A program made the translations under genes and the position numbers. Below the pieces are notes generated by a model. That model ran no database searches. It saw only the letters and a list, made by a program, of their open reading frames with translations, and was not told where the DNA came from. Positions 8,734 through 18,059 of a DNA stretch of 38,213 bases are shown piece by piece; the first letter of the stretch is position 1; each line of letters opens with the position of its first letter. Source of the DNA: an uncultured Flavobacteriales bacterium (GTDB taxonomy: Bacteria; Bacteroidota; Bacteroidia; Flavobacteriales; UBA7430); contig CAWVTK010000002.1 of assembly GCA_963933205.1 (NCBI GenBank), positions 1 to 38,213 on the forward strand, in the 5' to 3' direction.

Positions 8734-9707
8734 CAGAAATTTATAAATTCAATGGTTGTAGGACTGTATTTCACCCGCTTTACTATGGTTGGGTATTTGT
8801 CTTTGTCTATAAACACATTTAATACAGAGCTGTTGGTTTTAAGTACCTCGTTGTAGTCGCAAAAAACATAAAAATCAGCATCGGAAACCTTATCTACATC
8901 TTGCATCGCTATCCAAAAGGACAGTTCTACCTCAGAGGGTTTCATATAAGGCGACATTCCCTTTGGAAGGTTTTTTAATTGTATAGGTATTACCTTATTA
9001 ATTTGAGTGAAGCGCTCTACCTCTTGCTGTACATTAACCTGTAAATCTCGAGATGAAATAAGTTCATCCGGAAAAACAATACTGAGTTTTTGATTTATAT
9101 CATCCACAACATCTTTGGCAAATAATGGCTTGGTAAAAACAGTTGTAAGTGTATCAATAAGATGGGAGGGTCCATAAATATCAATTTTGTTTGGTGTTAT
9201 TTCTAATGAACTGTAGGGTCTATAATTCTCTCTAAACTCTAGTTCCAATGGAACCTGAACTGTTACGCTTTTTTTTGTTTTATTACTGTAGTTTAAAAAC
9301 AAGCTATCAGGTTCTATTTCGAGAATAGAAAAGCCGCTTAATTGTATGGCTATATCTGGTAAATTATTTTCTGTTATCCAGTAATAAGATGCTTTTGAGT
9401 TTTGATAGGACAATTTGGAAACATTTACAGCTATACTTCTACGCGTAAAAACTTCTTTTAAAAAATTAAAGCCAAAACCTTTTACTTTAATTTTAAGACT
9501 TGATGTGGGTTTCTCTTTAAGGTATTTTTCTACGGGTTGATTAACAAATTCTACAGGATAATCGATGTAGTAGGTATATTCTTTAGAAAATTTAATGAGT
9601 ACCCAAAACAAGGTAGATAGTAAAAAACAGATTACAACCACGCTTCTTTCGCTTCCGGAATTAAAGAATGCTAGAATACTTTTAAATATATGGTTTAGCT
9701 GTTTCAT
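8733..9707 (-). CDS. YbbR-like domain-containing protein (membrane anchored)
   Basis: 324 aa with an N-terminal TM helix (VVVICFLLSTLFWVLI), followed by a repetitive beta-rich region resembling YbbR repeats. Sits immediately upstream of coaE with a 1-nt overlap (TGATG). The family call comes from architecture and context recollection, not a search. Confidence 0.65.
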   Translation of the reverse strand: MKQLNHIFKSILAFFNSGSERSVVVICFLLSTLFWVLIKFSKEYTYYIDYPVEFVNQPVEKYLKEKPTSSLKIKVKGFGFNFLKEVFTRRSIAVNVSKLSYQNSKASYYWITENNLPDIAIQLSGFSILEIEPDSLFLNYSNKTKKSVTVQVPLELEFRENYRPYSSLEITPNKIDIYGPSHLIDTLTTVFTKPLFAKDVVDDINQKLSIVFPDELISSRDLQVNVQQEVERFTQINKVIPIQLKNLPKGMSPYMKPSEVELSFWIAMQDVDKVSDADFYVFCDYNEVLKTNSSVLNVFIDKDKYPTIVKRVKYSPTTIEFINF

Positions 9708-9832
9708 AAAGGGTAAAGATACTTTTTTTGTTGTTTCCTTTAAATTTCGATAGAATAAGTTCTGTTAAAAGAATCGATTTAAGGCTAAAAACTACCGACA
9801 TTCTTTTCCTATTTTAGCTAAAATATTTTCTC

Positions 9833-10354
9833 ATGACAACAATAATAGATCAACTTGGTTTTATTTTACCCGCAGTATTGGTAATGATGCTTGCCGTGTA
9901 CATGTTAAACAAGGTACTCGCACACGATCATAAACGCCGGGTTTTCGAGTACAAAAAGTCTGCAGCCAAACAAATGGTGCCACTAAGAGCGCAAGCTTAC
10001 GAAAGATTAACGCTGTTTATGGAACGCATGCAGCCCACCAATTTGTTGGTTAGAGTACAAACTACTGGAATGAATTCTCAAAGCTTACACCGAGCATTAA
10101 TCCAAACCATACGGAGTGAATACGACCACAATATGTCGCAACAAGTTTATATTTCTGATGAAGCATGGGAACTAATCAACCAAGCAAAGGACCAGTTACT
10201 TACAGTTATAAACGCACAAGTAAGCTCAACGGCTCCTCAAGCTGATGCTATGGAACTTGGTAAATTAATTATTGAAGGTTCTTTAGAAGAGCACAAATGG
10301 CTACTTGATGAAGCTTTAAGTCTATTAAAAAAAGAGTTTAGAACTAATTATTAA
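9833..10354 (+). CDS. hypothetical protein, single N-terminal TM helix then helical soluble domain
   Basis: 173-aa ORF with ATG start. TM segment LGFILPAVLVMMLAVYML. No motif I recognise. Codon usage is consistent with its neighbours. Confidence 0.6.
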   Translation: MTTIIDQLGFILPAVLVMMLAVYMLNKVLAHDHKRRVFEYKKSAAKQMVPLRAQAYERLTLFMERMQPTNLLVRVQTTGMNSQSLHRALIQTIRSEYDHNMSQQVYISDEAWELINQAKDQLLTVINAQVSSTAPQADAMELGKLIIEGSLEEHKWLLDEALSLLKKEFRTNY

Positions 10355-10388
10355 AATTCATTGCAGGGCATTCATCTGTACTAAGTAA

Positions 10389-10757
10389 TTAAATATCCTC
10401 AAAATCTACGTTGGTAAATCTATTAGAACTGTCGGGCTTTTTTTCTGATGTACTCTTTTCTGTGAGCTCTTCTTTGGATTCAAAATCAGAAATTACTGCT
10501 TCGCCTTTTTGATCGATAATAAATTTGGTAACCTCTTCAAGAATTTCTTTAAACCCTAAAAAGTCTTCTTTGTATAAAAATATTTTATGCTTCTTAAAAA
10601 AGGAAGACCCATCTTCATTGGTCTGCTTTTTACTTTCGGTAATGGTCAAGTAATAGTCTTCTGCTCGAGTAGCTCTTACATCAAAAAAGTAAGTCCTTCT
10701 TCCGGCTCTCAATTTTCTTGCGAATATTTCTTGCGAATTTGAGTCGTGTAATTCCAT
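10389..10757 (-). CDS. DUF3276 / PUR-alpha-like nucleic-acid-binding protein
   Basis: 122 aa. RAGRRTYFFDVRATRAEDYYLTITESKK and FKKHKIFLYKEDFLGF match the PUR-repeat pattern typical of Bacteroidota DUF3276 proteins. Acidic C-terminal tail. Confidence 0.7.
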   Translation of the reverse strand: MELHDSNSQEIFARKLRAGRRTYFFDVRATRAEDYYLTITESKKQTNEDGSSFFKKHKIFLYKEDFLGFKEILEEVTKFIIDQKGEAVISDFESKEELTEKSTSEKKPDSSNRFTNVDFEDI

Positions 10758-10841
10758 AGTTCTAATTGATTAAAGTTCTATTGCTCAAATTTTGCAAAAA
10801 ATATCCTTTAATAAAAGAAAAATCAATAAAAGCTGCTAAAC

Positions 10842-12602
10842 TTAACTTTCAGATAATTGTTTTTTATACACTTTAGCATACTCCCCTTCTAGGTTTAACA
10901 ATTCCAAATGACTACCTTTTTCTAAAATAGTTCCCTTATCGAGTACAATAATTTGATCTGCATGTTTTAGAGAAGAAGCTCTATGAGAGATGATAATGGT
11001 TGATTTGTTTACGCTTTGCTTTTTTATATTTTGAAGTATAAGTTCTTCTGTTTCGGTGTCTACCGCAGACAAGCAGTCATCAAACAACATGAATTTTGGA
11101 TTTCTTATTAAAGCTCTAGCAATAGAAATGCGTTGTTTTTGTCCTCCAGAAAGGGTTATACCTCTTTCGCCAACTACCGTATTAAACTGCGCTTTAAACT
11201 TCATAATATTATCATAAATACCCGCAGCCTTTGCAGCCTCTATTACCTCCACTTGGGTAGCATTTTTAGTTCCAAAGGCAATGTTGTTATAAATGCTGTC
11301 CGAAAACAGAAAGGACTCTTGGGGAACATAACCTATATAAGACCTCAATTCGGTTAAATTTACCTCTTTTATAGTATCCTTACCTATAGTAATAGTTCCG
11401 CTACTTGGATCGTTTATGCGACAAAGCAACTCTGCTAAAGTACTTTTACCGGAACCAATCTTTCCGATAACACCTAAAGTTTGACCTTCCTTTAACTCGA
11501 ACGTTAAACTATTTAGCGCTTTTATGCCTGTATCGGAATATACAAAGCTTACATTGTTGAAGTTTAAATTTCCGGTAAGCACCTGGTTTTTAGTGCTTGG
11601 ATTTGTAATTTCGGGAACCTCTTTTAAAAATTCGTTAATTCTTTGTTGAGATGCCGCCGCTCTTTGAACAAGCGAGGTTACCCAACCTAAAGAAGCTACA
11701 GGCCAGGTAAGCATATTTACATATATGACAAAAGTAGCAATGTCGCCAATTTGAATTTTTCCAGCAATGGCTTCCAAACCTCCAATGTAAATGGTGAAAA
11801 GAGTACTCATTCCTATTAACAGAATCATTAAAGGGAAAAACAATGCATTTACTTTTACCAGGTCTAAATTTTTATTCTTGTAATCTTCTGCAGCTTCCAT
11901 AAACTGGTTCTCCATAAAGCGTTCCTGAGTGTAGGATTTGATGACTCGAATGCCCGAGAATGTTTCTTGACTGATGCTCGATAATTTAGACAGTTGCTTT
12001 TGAACAATCTCACTTTTAACATTCATTACAGAACTAACCTTATAAATTGCTAAAACTAAAAAAGGCAGAGGGCTTAGAGCAAACAAAGTTAGTTTAGGGC
12101 TCAAACTAATCATTTTTGGTACAATAAGCGAAATGCTAATAACTAAGTTGGTGCTGTATAATATGGCAGGTCCCATATACATGCGTACCTTACTAACGTC
12201 ATCGCTAATTCTGTTCATCAAATCTCCTGTTTTATTTCGCTTATAAAATGAGATACTTAATTGTTGGTAATGATCGTAAATTTCATTTTTCAAATCGTAT
12301 TCGATCATTCTAGACATAACAATCAGGGTTTGCCGCATAAAAAACATAAACAAACCTCTGAAAACAGCAAAAAGCAAAACCAAAAAAGCATAATACGCTA
12401 GTTGACTTTTTAGTGTACTTTGAAGAGCTGTATCCGAAACATCACTTTGATTTAAAGAATCGCTTATCAGGTTCAAAACCTCTCCAATATAAATAGGCGG
12501 ATACAAGCCAAATACATTCGAAACAAAAACAAAAAACAAACCCATAACAAAACGGTATCGGTATTTCCAAAAATATTTATTGAGGTGTTTAAGTGCTTTC
12601 AT
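10842..12602 (-). CDS. ABC transporter, fused permease/ATP-binding exporter (MsbA/MdlB-like)
   Basis: 586 aa. N-terminal 6-TM ABC exporter domain. Walker A GKIGSGKST, signature LSGGQKQR, Walker B FMLFDD. Confidence 0.9.
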   Translation of the reverse strand: MKALKHLNKYFWKYRYRFVMGLFFVFVSNVFGLYPPIYIGEVLNLISDSLNQSDVSDTALQSTLKSQLAYYAFLVLLFAVFRGLFMFFMRQTLIVMSRMIEYDLKNEIYDHYQQLSISFYKRNKTGDLMNRISDDVSKVRMYMGPAILYSTNLVISISLIVPKMISLSPKLTLFALSPLPFLVLAIYKVSSVMNVKSEIVQKQLSKLSSISQETFSGIRVIKSYTQERFMENQFMEAAEDYKNKNLDLVKVNALFFPLMILLIGMSTLFTIYIGGLEAIAGKIQIGDIATFVIYVNMLTWPVASLGWVTSLVQRAAASQQRINEFLKEVPEITNPSTKNQVLTGNLNFNNVSFVYSDTGIKALNSLTFELKEGQTLGVIGKIGSGKSTLAELLCRINDPSSGTITIGKDTIKEVNLTELRSYIGYVPQESFLFSDSIYNNIAFGTKNATQVEVIEAAKAAGIYDNIMKFKAQFNTVVGERGITLSGGQKQRISIARALIRNPKFMLFDDCLSAVDTETEELILQNIKKQSVNKSTIIISHRASSLKHADQIIVLDKGTILEKGSHLELLNLEGEYAKVYKKQLSES

Positions 12603-12639
12603 ACAATATCAATCAGTTTTTTATCTGCAAAAAAAAGAG

Positions 12640-12647
12640 TACTTTTG
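12640..12647 (+). promoter_or_regulatory. candidate Bacteroidota sigma-A -7 box (TACTTTTG)
   Basis: Matches TAnnTTTG about 100 nt upstream of the dehydrogenase ATG at 12748. No clear -33 TTG. Confidence 0.4.
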
Positions 12648-12747
12648 CAGAAATTTAAGTGTAATAATTCTGAATCAAAAATACAGATCTAAGCATGAAA
12701 ATCTTAGCAATGTAAAATTAAATTCAGCGACCCTAAAATTAGACATT

Positions 12748-13845
12748 ATGATTAAGGTAACCGACATACAAGACACACAATCTTCTAGCAATCCTATTAT
12801 TCGTGAAATGAACGATATGGGTCACGAACAGGTTGTTTTTTGTCAGGATGAAGAAACTGGACTCAAAGCAATTATTGCAATACACAGTACAGCATTAGGC
12901 CCTGCATTAGGTGGAACTAGAATGTGGGATTACAAAAACGAATTAGAGGCTTTAAACGACGTACTACGTTTGTCGAGAGGAATGACCTTTAAGGCTTCCA
13001 TTTCTGGATTAAATTTAGGCGGCGGTAAAGCAGTAATATTTGGAGACGCCAAAATACAAAAAACAGACGCGCTTATGCGTAGGTTCGGTAAGTTTGTGGA
13101 AACGCTAGGTGGAAATTACATTACAGCCGAAGACGTTGGTATGACAACACACGACATGGAAATGGTTCGTTTAGAAACAAAGCATGTAACAGGAATCCCT
13201 AAATCTATGGGAGGTTCTGGAGACCCTTCGCCAGTTACTGCATATGGAGTATATATGGGAATGAAAGCCTCTGCCATGTACAAATGGGGAACAGATTCTT
13301 TAGAAGGAAAAAAAGTAGTGGTTCAAGGAATCGGAAATGTCGGAATCAACTTGGTTAAACATTTAACAGAAGAAGGAGCACTTGTAACAATAAACGACAT
13401 AAGTAAAGAACGTTTAGAAATGGTGGCTGCAAAATACGGCGCTACTATAGTTGAAGGTGACGACATTTACGATGTAGACATGGATATTTATGCTCCTTGT
13501 GCATTAGGGGCTTCTCTAAACGACAATACTTTAAGTCGTTTAAAATGCTCTATTATTGCTGGAGCGGCAAACAACCAATTGGCTGACGAGGTAAAGCACG
13601 GACAAATGGTTATGGATATGGGAATGATATACGCACCAGATTTTTTAATAAATGCTGGTGGTTTGATAAACGTATATTCTGAACTACAAGGATACAATAG
13701 AGACGAGGCTATTGCAAAAACAGAAGAAATATACCACACAACTCTAGAGATTTTAAAGAAATCTGAATTAGAAGGAATCACGCCTCATGAAGCAGCAAAG
13801 CAGATTGCTCAAAGCCGCGTAAGAAAAGCTTTAGCAAAATTATAA
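12748..13845 (+). CDS. Glu/Leu/Phe/Val-family amino-acid dehydrogenase (leucine/valine dehydrogenase-like)
   Basis: LGPALGGTRMW, catalytic-Lys region LGGGKAVI and the Rossmann motif VQGIGNVG. The ATG at 12748 gives 365 aa. The track start at 12580 is a TTG overlapping the divergent ABC gene and adds non-homologous sequence. Confidence 0.85.
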   Translation: MIKVTDIQDTQSSSNPIIREMNDMGHEQVVFCQDEETGLKAIIAIHSTALGPALGGTRMWDYKNELEALNDVLRLSRGMTFKASISGLNLGGGKAVIFGDAKIQKTDALMRRFGKFVETLGGNYITAEDVGMTTHDMEMVRLETKHVTGIPKSMGGSGDPSPVTAYGVYMGMKASAMYKWGTDSLEGKKVVVQGIGNVGINLVKHLTEEGALVTINDISKERLEMVAAKYGATIVEGDDIYDVDMDIYAPCALGASLNDNTLSRLKCSIIAGAANNQLADEVKHGQMVMDMGMIYAPDFLINAGGLINVYSELQGYNRDEAIAKTEEIYHTTLEILKKSELEGITPHEAAKQIAQSRVRKALAKL

Positions 13846-13898
13846 TTTTACACTAGTTACCTACGCTTCCCTATATACGCTCATTGAAAACCAAACAC

Positions 13899-14840
13899 AT
13901 GCTCAACAGAAGACATATTAGAATAAAAGTACTTCAAATTCTTTACGCATTTTTTCATTCAGAGAGCGAAGATTTAACAAAAAGCGTGCGCGACCTTACC
14001 AAAAGTCTCGAAAAAACCCACTCCTTGTATGTGCATTTACTTTTACTGCTTGTAGCTATAAAAAAGCATGCAGAGGGTAAAATTGAGTTAGGGATAAACA
14101 AACTGCTCCCAAGTGCCGAAGATTTAAACCCAAACAGCAAATTTGCAGATAATAAAACCTTAACGCTCCTCTCTAAGAACCTCTCATTACTAGAGAAGTA
14201 CGAAAATGAAGAGACCTATTGGGATGAGAATCCAGAATTGGTAGGGAAAATTTTCAGACAAATTCAAGAGTCTGAAATGTATACAGAATACTTAAACGAC
14301 GAGCACAGTTCATTCCTAGAGGATCGTAAGTTTATTTCGGCACTCTTTATGGAATTTATTGCTCCAAACGAAGATGTACATAGTTTCTTAGAAGAAAAAA
14401 GCATCTTTTGGTTGGACGATTTTGAAGTAGGTAATTTATCTGTAATTAAAACAATAAAGTCGCTCAAAGAAAACAGTGATGAGTACGCAAGACTTTTGCC
14501 TTTGTATAAAGACGAAGACGATAAAGTATTTGCAGCTAACTTATTAAAACGCACCATACTTAACTCTTTAGACTACAAAAAATACATTGTAGAAACCGCT
14601 AGTAATTGGGATGAGGAACGCATATCCGACATGGATAAAATACTCATGCAAATGGCTATTTGCGAGCTCCTTAATTGCGAAACAATTCCTGTAAAAGTTA
14701 CTCTTAACGAATACATCGAATTGTCAAAAGATTACTCGAGTCAAAAAAGTAAAATTTTTATAAATGGTGTAATCGACAAATTAGCCATTCGTTTTAATGA
14801 GGAAGGAAAACTAAAAAAGTTGGGTAGAGGATTGGTTTAA
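13899..14840 (+). CDS. nusB: transcription antitermination factor NusB (long Bacteroidota form)
   Basis: N-terminal RRHIRIKVLQILYAF and a C-terminal NusB-like region (DKILMQMAICELL...FINGVIDKL). I prefer the ATG at 13899 to the TTG at 13884. Confidence 0.8.
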   Translation: MLNRRHIRIKVLQILYAFFHSESEDLTKSVRDLTKSLEKTHSLYVHLLLLLVAIKKHAEGKIELGINKLLPSAEDLNPNSKFADNKTLTLLSKNLSLLEKYENEETYWDENPELVGKIFRQIQESEMYTEYLNDEHSSFLEDRKFISALFMEFIAPNEDVHSFLEEKSIFWLDDFEVGNLSVIKTIKSLKENSDEYARLLPLYKDEDDKVFAANLLKRTILNSLDYKKYIVETASNWDEERISDMDKILMQMAICELLNCETIPVKVTLNEYIELSKDYSSQKSKIFINGVIDKLAIRFNEEGKLKKLGRGLV

Positions 14841-14856
14841 AAACGACCAAAACCAG

Positions 14857-14864
14857 TACATTTG
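14857..14864 (+). promoter_or_regulatory. candidate -7 box (TACATTTG) with TTG 22 nt upstream
   Basis: TAnnTTTG match 23 nt upstream of the DUF1573 ATG. A TTG at 14832..14834 is a possible -33 element. Confidence 0.45.
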
Positions 14865-14886
14865 TAAAAACACAAAATAAATAGGC

Positions 14887-15342
14887 ATGAAGAAAAGTAT
14901 ATTTATAGCAATTTTAAGTATTGGCTTTGTTGCTTGCAACGAAACTGCAAGCTCAAAAATTGATGCTACAAAACAAAAAACAAGAACCCAAGTAACTCTA
15001 GACCAAGTAGACACTCCAGTGGATGCTAAAATGGAATTTGAAGAAACAGAATGGAACTTTGGAGAAATAATGCAAGGAGAATCTGTAGATTATGCCTTTA
15101 AGTTCACCAATACCGGATCGGAGCCTTTAATAATTTCAAATGCGAAAGGATCTTGTGGATGCACCGTTCCTGTATGGCCCAGAGAGCCAGTAGCACCAGG
15201 AGAATCTGGTGTGGTAGATGTGAAGTTTAACAGCACTGGAAAAAAAGGGAAACAAAGCAAAAAAGTTACACTAACCACCAATATGATACCTAGTCAAATG
15301 ATTTTAACGGTAAATGGATTGGTAAACCTAAAAGAAGAATAA
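14887..15342 (+). CDS. DUF1573 domain-containing lipoprotein
   Basis: Signal peptide with lipobox-like IGFVAC. Characteristic FKFTNTGSEPLIISNAKGSCGCTVP motif. Confidence 0.8.
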   Translation: MKKSIFIAILSIGFVACNETASSKIDATKQKTRTQVTLDQVDTPVDAKMEFEETEWNFGEIMQGESVDYAFKFTNTGSEPLIISNAKGSCGCTVPVWPREPVAPGESGVVDVKFNSTGKKGKQSKKVTLTTNMIPSQMILTVNGLVNLKEE

Positions 15343-15343
15343 A

Positions 15344-15628
15344 ATGTTAACAATTTATTTACTCGCTGATACAGCATCGGGAATCATGAGTTTTTTACCA
15401 CTTATTGCTATCGTAGTAGTTATGTATTTTTTCATGATCCGTCCTCAAGTAAAAAAACAAAAGGACGAAGCAAAGTTTAGAGCTGAAATACAAAAAGGTG
15501 ATAAAGTAATTACCCTTGGAGGAATTCATGCAAAAATATTGGAAATTAACGAGGACACTTTAATTATCCAAGCTGAAGGTGGAACCTCAAAATTAAAAAT
15601 CAACAAAACTTCTATTGCTAAGGTTTAA
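15344..15628 (+). CDS. yajC: preprotein translocase subunit YajC
   Basis: 94 aa. Single TM followed by FFMIRPQVKKQK and the GGIHAKI..I motif. Starts 1 nt after the DUF1573 stop. Confidence 0.85.
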   Translation: MLTIYLLADTASGIMSFLPLIAIVVVMYFFMIRPQVKKQKDEAKFRAEIQKGDKVITLGGIHAKILEINEDTLIIQAEGGTSKLKINKTSIAKV

Positions 15629-15654
15629 CAAATAAATCTATCAAAAAATTACAG

Positions 15655-15682
15655 AAAAAACGGACCTAGCGTCCGTTTTTTT
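15655..15682 (+). terminator. rho-independent terminator after yajC
   Basis: AAAAAACGGAC-CTAGC-GTCCGTTTTTTT. GC-containing stem flanked by an A-tract and a T-tract, so symmetric and possibly bidirectional. Confidence 0.8.
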
Positions 15683-15729
15683 GTTTCAGATTTATAGCTC
15701 AGGATTTCGCTATTACAATTTCCGTTTTT

Positions 15730-15737
15730 TATATTTG
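15730..15737 (+). promoter_or_regulatory. candidate -7 box (TATATTTG)
   Basis: TAnnTTTG match 41 nt upstream of the aminotransferase ATG, downstream of the yajC terminator. Confidence 0.5.
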
Positions 15738-15777
15738 CATTTCAATGAAGATCTAATCAGTCCTATACCTAAAGACA

Positions 15778-16971
15778 ATGAACATTTTATCAGACCGTAT
15801 TCTAAGCCTAGAAGAGTCACAAACAATAGCAATGGCTCGCCAAAGCAGAGAATTAATAGAGCGTGGCGTAGATGTAATTTCGCTTAGTTTAGGTGAGCCT
15901 GATTTTGACACTCCCGATTTCATAAAGGATGCAGCTAAGAAAGCGATAGACGATAACTTTTCTCACTACACTCCAGTTCCTGGATTAGGAGAACTCAGAA
16001 CTGCTCTTTCTAAAAAGTTTAAGCGAGACAATAAACTCACCTATGCTGCAGATGAAATAGTCGTATCTACTGGAGCAAAACAATCACTTGCCCAACTTAT
16101 GTTGGCTTTAGTAAATCCAGGAGACGAGGTAATTGTTCCGGCTCCTTATTGGGTTAGTTATTTTCAAATGGTTAAAATGGCCGAAGGAATTCCTGTGGTA
16201 ATAGAAGCCACAGTGGAAGCCGACTTTAAAATTACACCTAAGCAGGTAGAAAAAGCCATAACATCTAAAACAAAAGCTTTTCTGTTTAGCACACCTTGTA
16301 ACCCTACCGGATCCGTTTACAGCCGCAAAGAATTGGCAGAACTCGTAAGCGTTTTCGAACAACACCCAAATCTAATCATCATTTCTGATGAGATTTATGA
16401 ACATATTAGTTTTCTTGGAGAACACGTAAGCATTGGGCAATTTGAATCGATTAAAGATCGAGTTGTAACCGTAAATGGAGTTTCAAAAGGCTTTGCAATG
16501 ACCGGATGGCGTGTTGGATATTTAGGCGCACCAAAATGGTTGGCAGCTGCCTGTACAAAAATGCAAGGGCAAACCACATCTGCAACCTGCGCAATAGCGC
16601 AAAAAGCTACCGAAGCTGCAGTATTAGCAGACCCTATTTGTACTAAAGAGATGCGAGAAGCATTTCTAAGACGTAGAGATTTGATGATCTCAAAGCTGAA
16701 AGAAATTAAAGGTTTAAAATTAAGTATACCCCAAGGAGCATTTTACATATTCCCGGATGTATCTTACTACTTTGGTAAATCGTATAAAGGCACCCTTGTG
16801 GCAGATGCAAACGATTTTTGCATGTATTTACTCAACCAAGCCAATGTAGCTACTGTAACTGGAGTAGCTTTCGGATCGCCTAATTGCATGCGTATATCTT
16901 ATGCTGCAGCAGATGAGGTACTCGTAGAGGCAGTTTACAGAATTAAAACAGCTTTAGATAAATTAGTCTAA
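15778..16971 (+). CDS. pyridoxal-phosphate-dependent aminotransferase, class I (aspartate aminotransferase-like)
   Basis: 397 aa. NPTGSVY motif and PLP-lysine motif SKGFAMTGWRVGY. Overall AspC/AspB-like. Confidence 0.9.
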   Translation: MNILSDRILSLEESQTIAMARQSRELIERGVDVISLSLGEPDFDTPDFIKDAAKKAIDDNFSHYTPVPGLGELRTALSKKFKRDNKLTYAADEIVVSTGAKQSLAQLMLALVNPGDEVIVPAPYWVSYFQMVKMAEGIPVVIEATVEADFKITPKQVEKAITSKTKAFLFSTPCNPTGSVYSRKELAELVSVFEQHPNLIIISDEIYEHISFLGEHVSIGQFESIKDRVVTVNGVSKGFAMTGWRVGYLGAPKWLAAACTKMQGQTTSATCAIAQKATEAAVLADPICTKEMREAFLRRRDLMISKLKEIKGLKLSIPQGAFYIFPDVSYYFGKSYKGTLVADANDFCMYLLNQANVATVTGVAFGSPNCMRISYAAADEVLVEAVYRIKTALDKLV

Positions 16972-16978
16972 TTTTATT

Positions 16979-17009
16979 GCCCCTACCTAAACAGTAGGGG
17001 CTTTTTTTT
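16979..17009 (+). terminator. rho-independent terminator after the aminotransferase
   Basis: GCCCCTAC-CTAAACA-GTAGGGGC followed by T8. Confidence 0.85.
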
Positions 17010-17064
17010 GTTCTTTTGCAATCTTCGGTTTTAGCTAAACAAATAGCAAACCAATGTAAACGCT

Positions 17065-18042
17065 ATGAATTCTATAGAAACGATACTACATCAGTTTAAA
17101 AACAAACAAGTACTCATTATAGGAGATGCTATGATTGACGCTTATATGTGGGGAAATATTCACCGAACTTCGCCAGAAGCACCTGTGCCAGTAGTTGACA
17201 TAGAAAAAAGAGAAAGTCGTTTGGGTGGCGCAGCAAACGTGGCCCTTAACATTCAATCTCTCGGAGCAGTACCTACTCTTTTCTCTGCAATTGGAAACGA
17301 CCACTACGGAAAACTTTTTTGCAAGCTTATGGCAGAGCAAAATTTAAGCTGCATGGGAATCCAAGAAATACAAGCTAGAAACACCACAGTTAAAACTCGA
17401 ATTATTAGTAATAATAAGCATGTTTTAAGAGTAGATGAAGAATGTACTGAGCCGATAAAAGAAGCTTTTATAGAACTTGAACTTGAAAAGATATTTAAAT
17501 CTGTATCGTTTGATGTAGTTATATTTGAAGATTACAATAAGGGATTACTTACAGAGCGTTTAATCCATAAAGCTATTAAAATAGCCCAAGACTTAAAAAT
17601 ACCTACCATAGTAGACCCTAAAAAGGATAATTTCTTTGCCTACAAAAACGTAGACATATTTAAGCCAAACTTAAAAGAAATTAAAGAAGGTTTAGCCGTA
17701 GATTTTGACGTTCTTTCTAACACTCAATTAGCTGAAAATGTAGAATTAGTTCGAACAAAACTAAATGCAAAAGGTGTTTTACTAACACTCTCCGAAAACG
17801 GCATCTACTTTCAAGACAAAACAAATGTATACCACGAAAATGCTCATAAAAGAGCTATAGTTGATGTTTCTGGCGCAGGAGACACCGTTGTTTCTGTTGC
17901 CGCTTTAGCCTTAGCTTGTGGCTTACAGAGTAACGAATTAATGAGAATTGCTAACTTAGCAGGAGGTTTAGTATGCGAAAAAGTAGGCGTTGTTCCAATA
18001 CGAATTGAAGACCTCTTAAATTCAAGTAAAATTAAGCGTTAA
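17065..18042 (+). CDS. PfkB-family carbohydrate kinase (RfaE domain I-like, heptose-7-phosphate kinase-like)
   Basis: 325 aa. GGAANVA near the N-terminus and the PfkB signature DVSGAGDT near the C-terminus. Length and layout resemble the kinase half of HldE/RfaE, and no nucleotidyltransferase half is present. Confidence 0.7.
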   Translation: MNSIETILHQFKNKQVLIIGDAMIDAYMWGNIHRTSPEAPVPVVDIEKRESRLGGAANVALNIQSLGAVPTLFSAIGNDHYGKLFCKLMAEQNLSCMGIQEIQARNTTVKTRIISNNKHVLRVDEECTEPIKEAFIELELEKIFKSVSFDVVIFEDYNKGLLTERLIHKAIKIAQDLKIPTIVDPKKDNFFAYKNVDIFKPNLKEIKEGLAVDFDVLSNTQLAENVELVRTKLNAKGVLLTLSENGIYFQDKTNVYHENAHKRAIVDVSGAGDTVVSVAALALACGLQSNELMRIANLAGGLVCEKVGVVPIRIEDLLNSSKIKR

Positions 18043-18059
18043 ACAAACAAATCATTAGT

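Noticed and set aside
12580-12747. N-terminal 56-codon extension of the dehydrogenase ORF in the track, overlapping the divergent ABC transporter start.
   Set aside because: It starts at a TTG and encodes non-family sequence. It would place the start inside the neighbouring gene and upstream of the candidate promoter at 12640. The ATG at 12748 gives a normal-length enzyme.
15681-15887. 68-aa ORF spanning the aminotransferase promoter and start.
   Set aside because: It overlaps the terminator and promoter region and is out of frame with the well-supported aminotransferase. It has no motifs.
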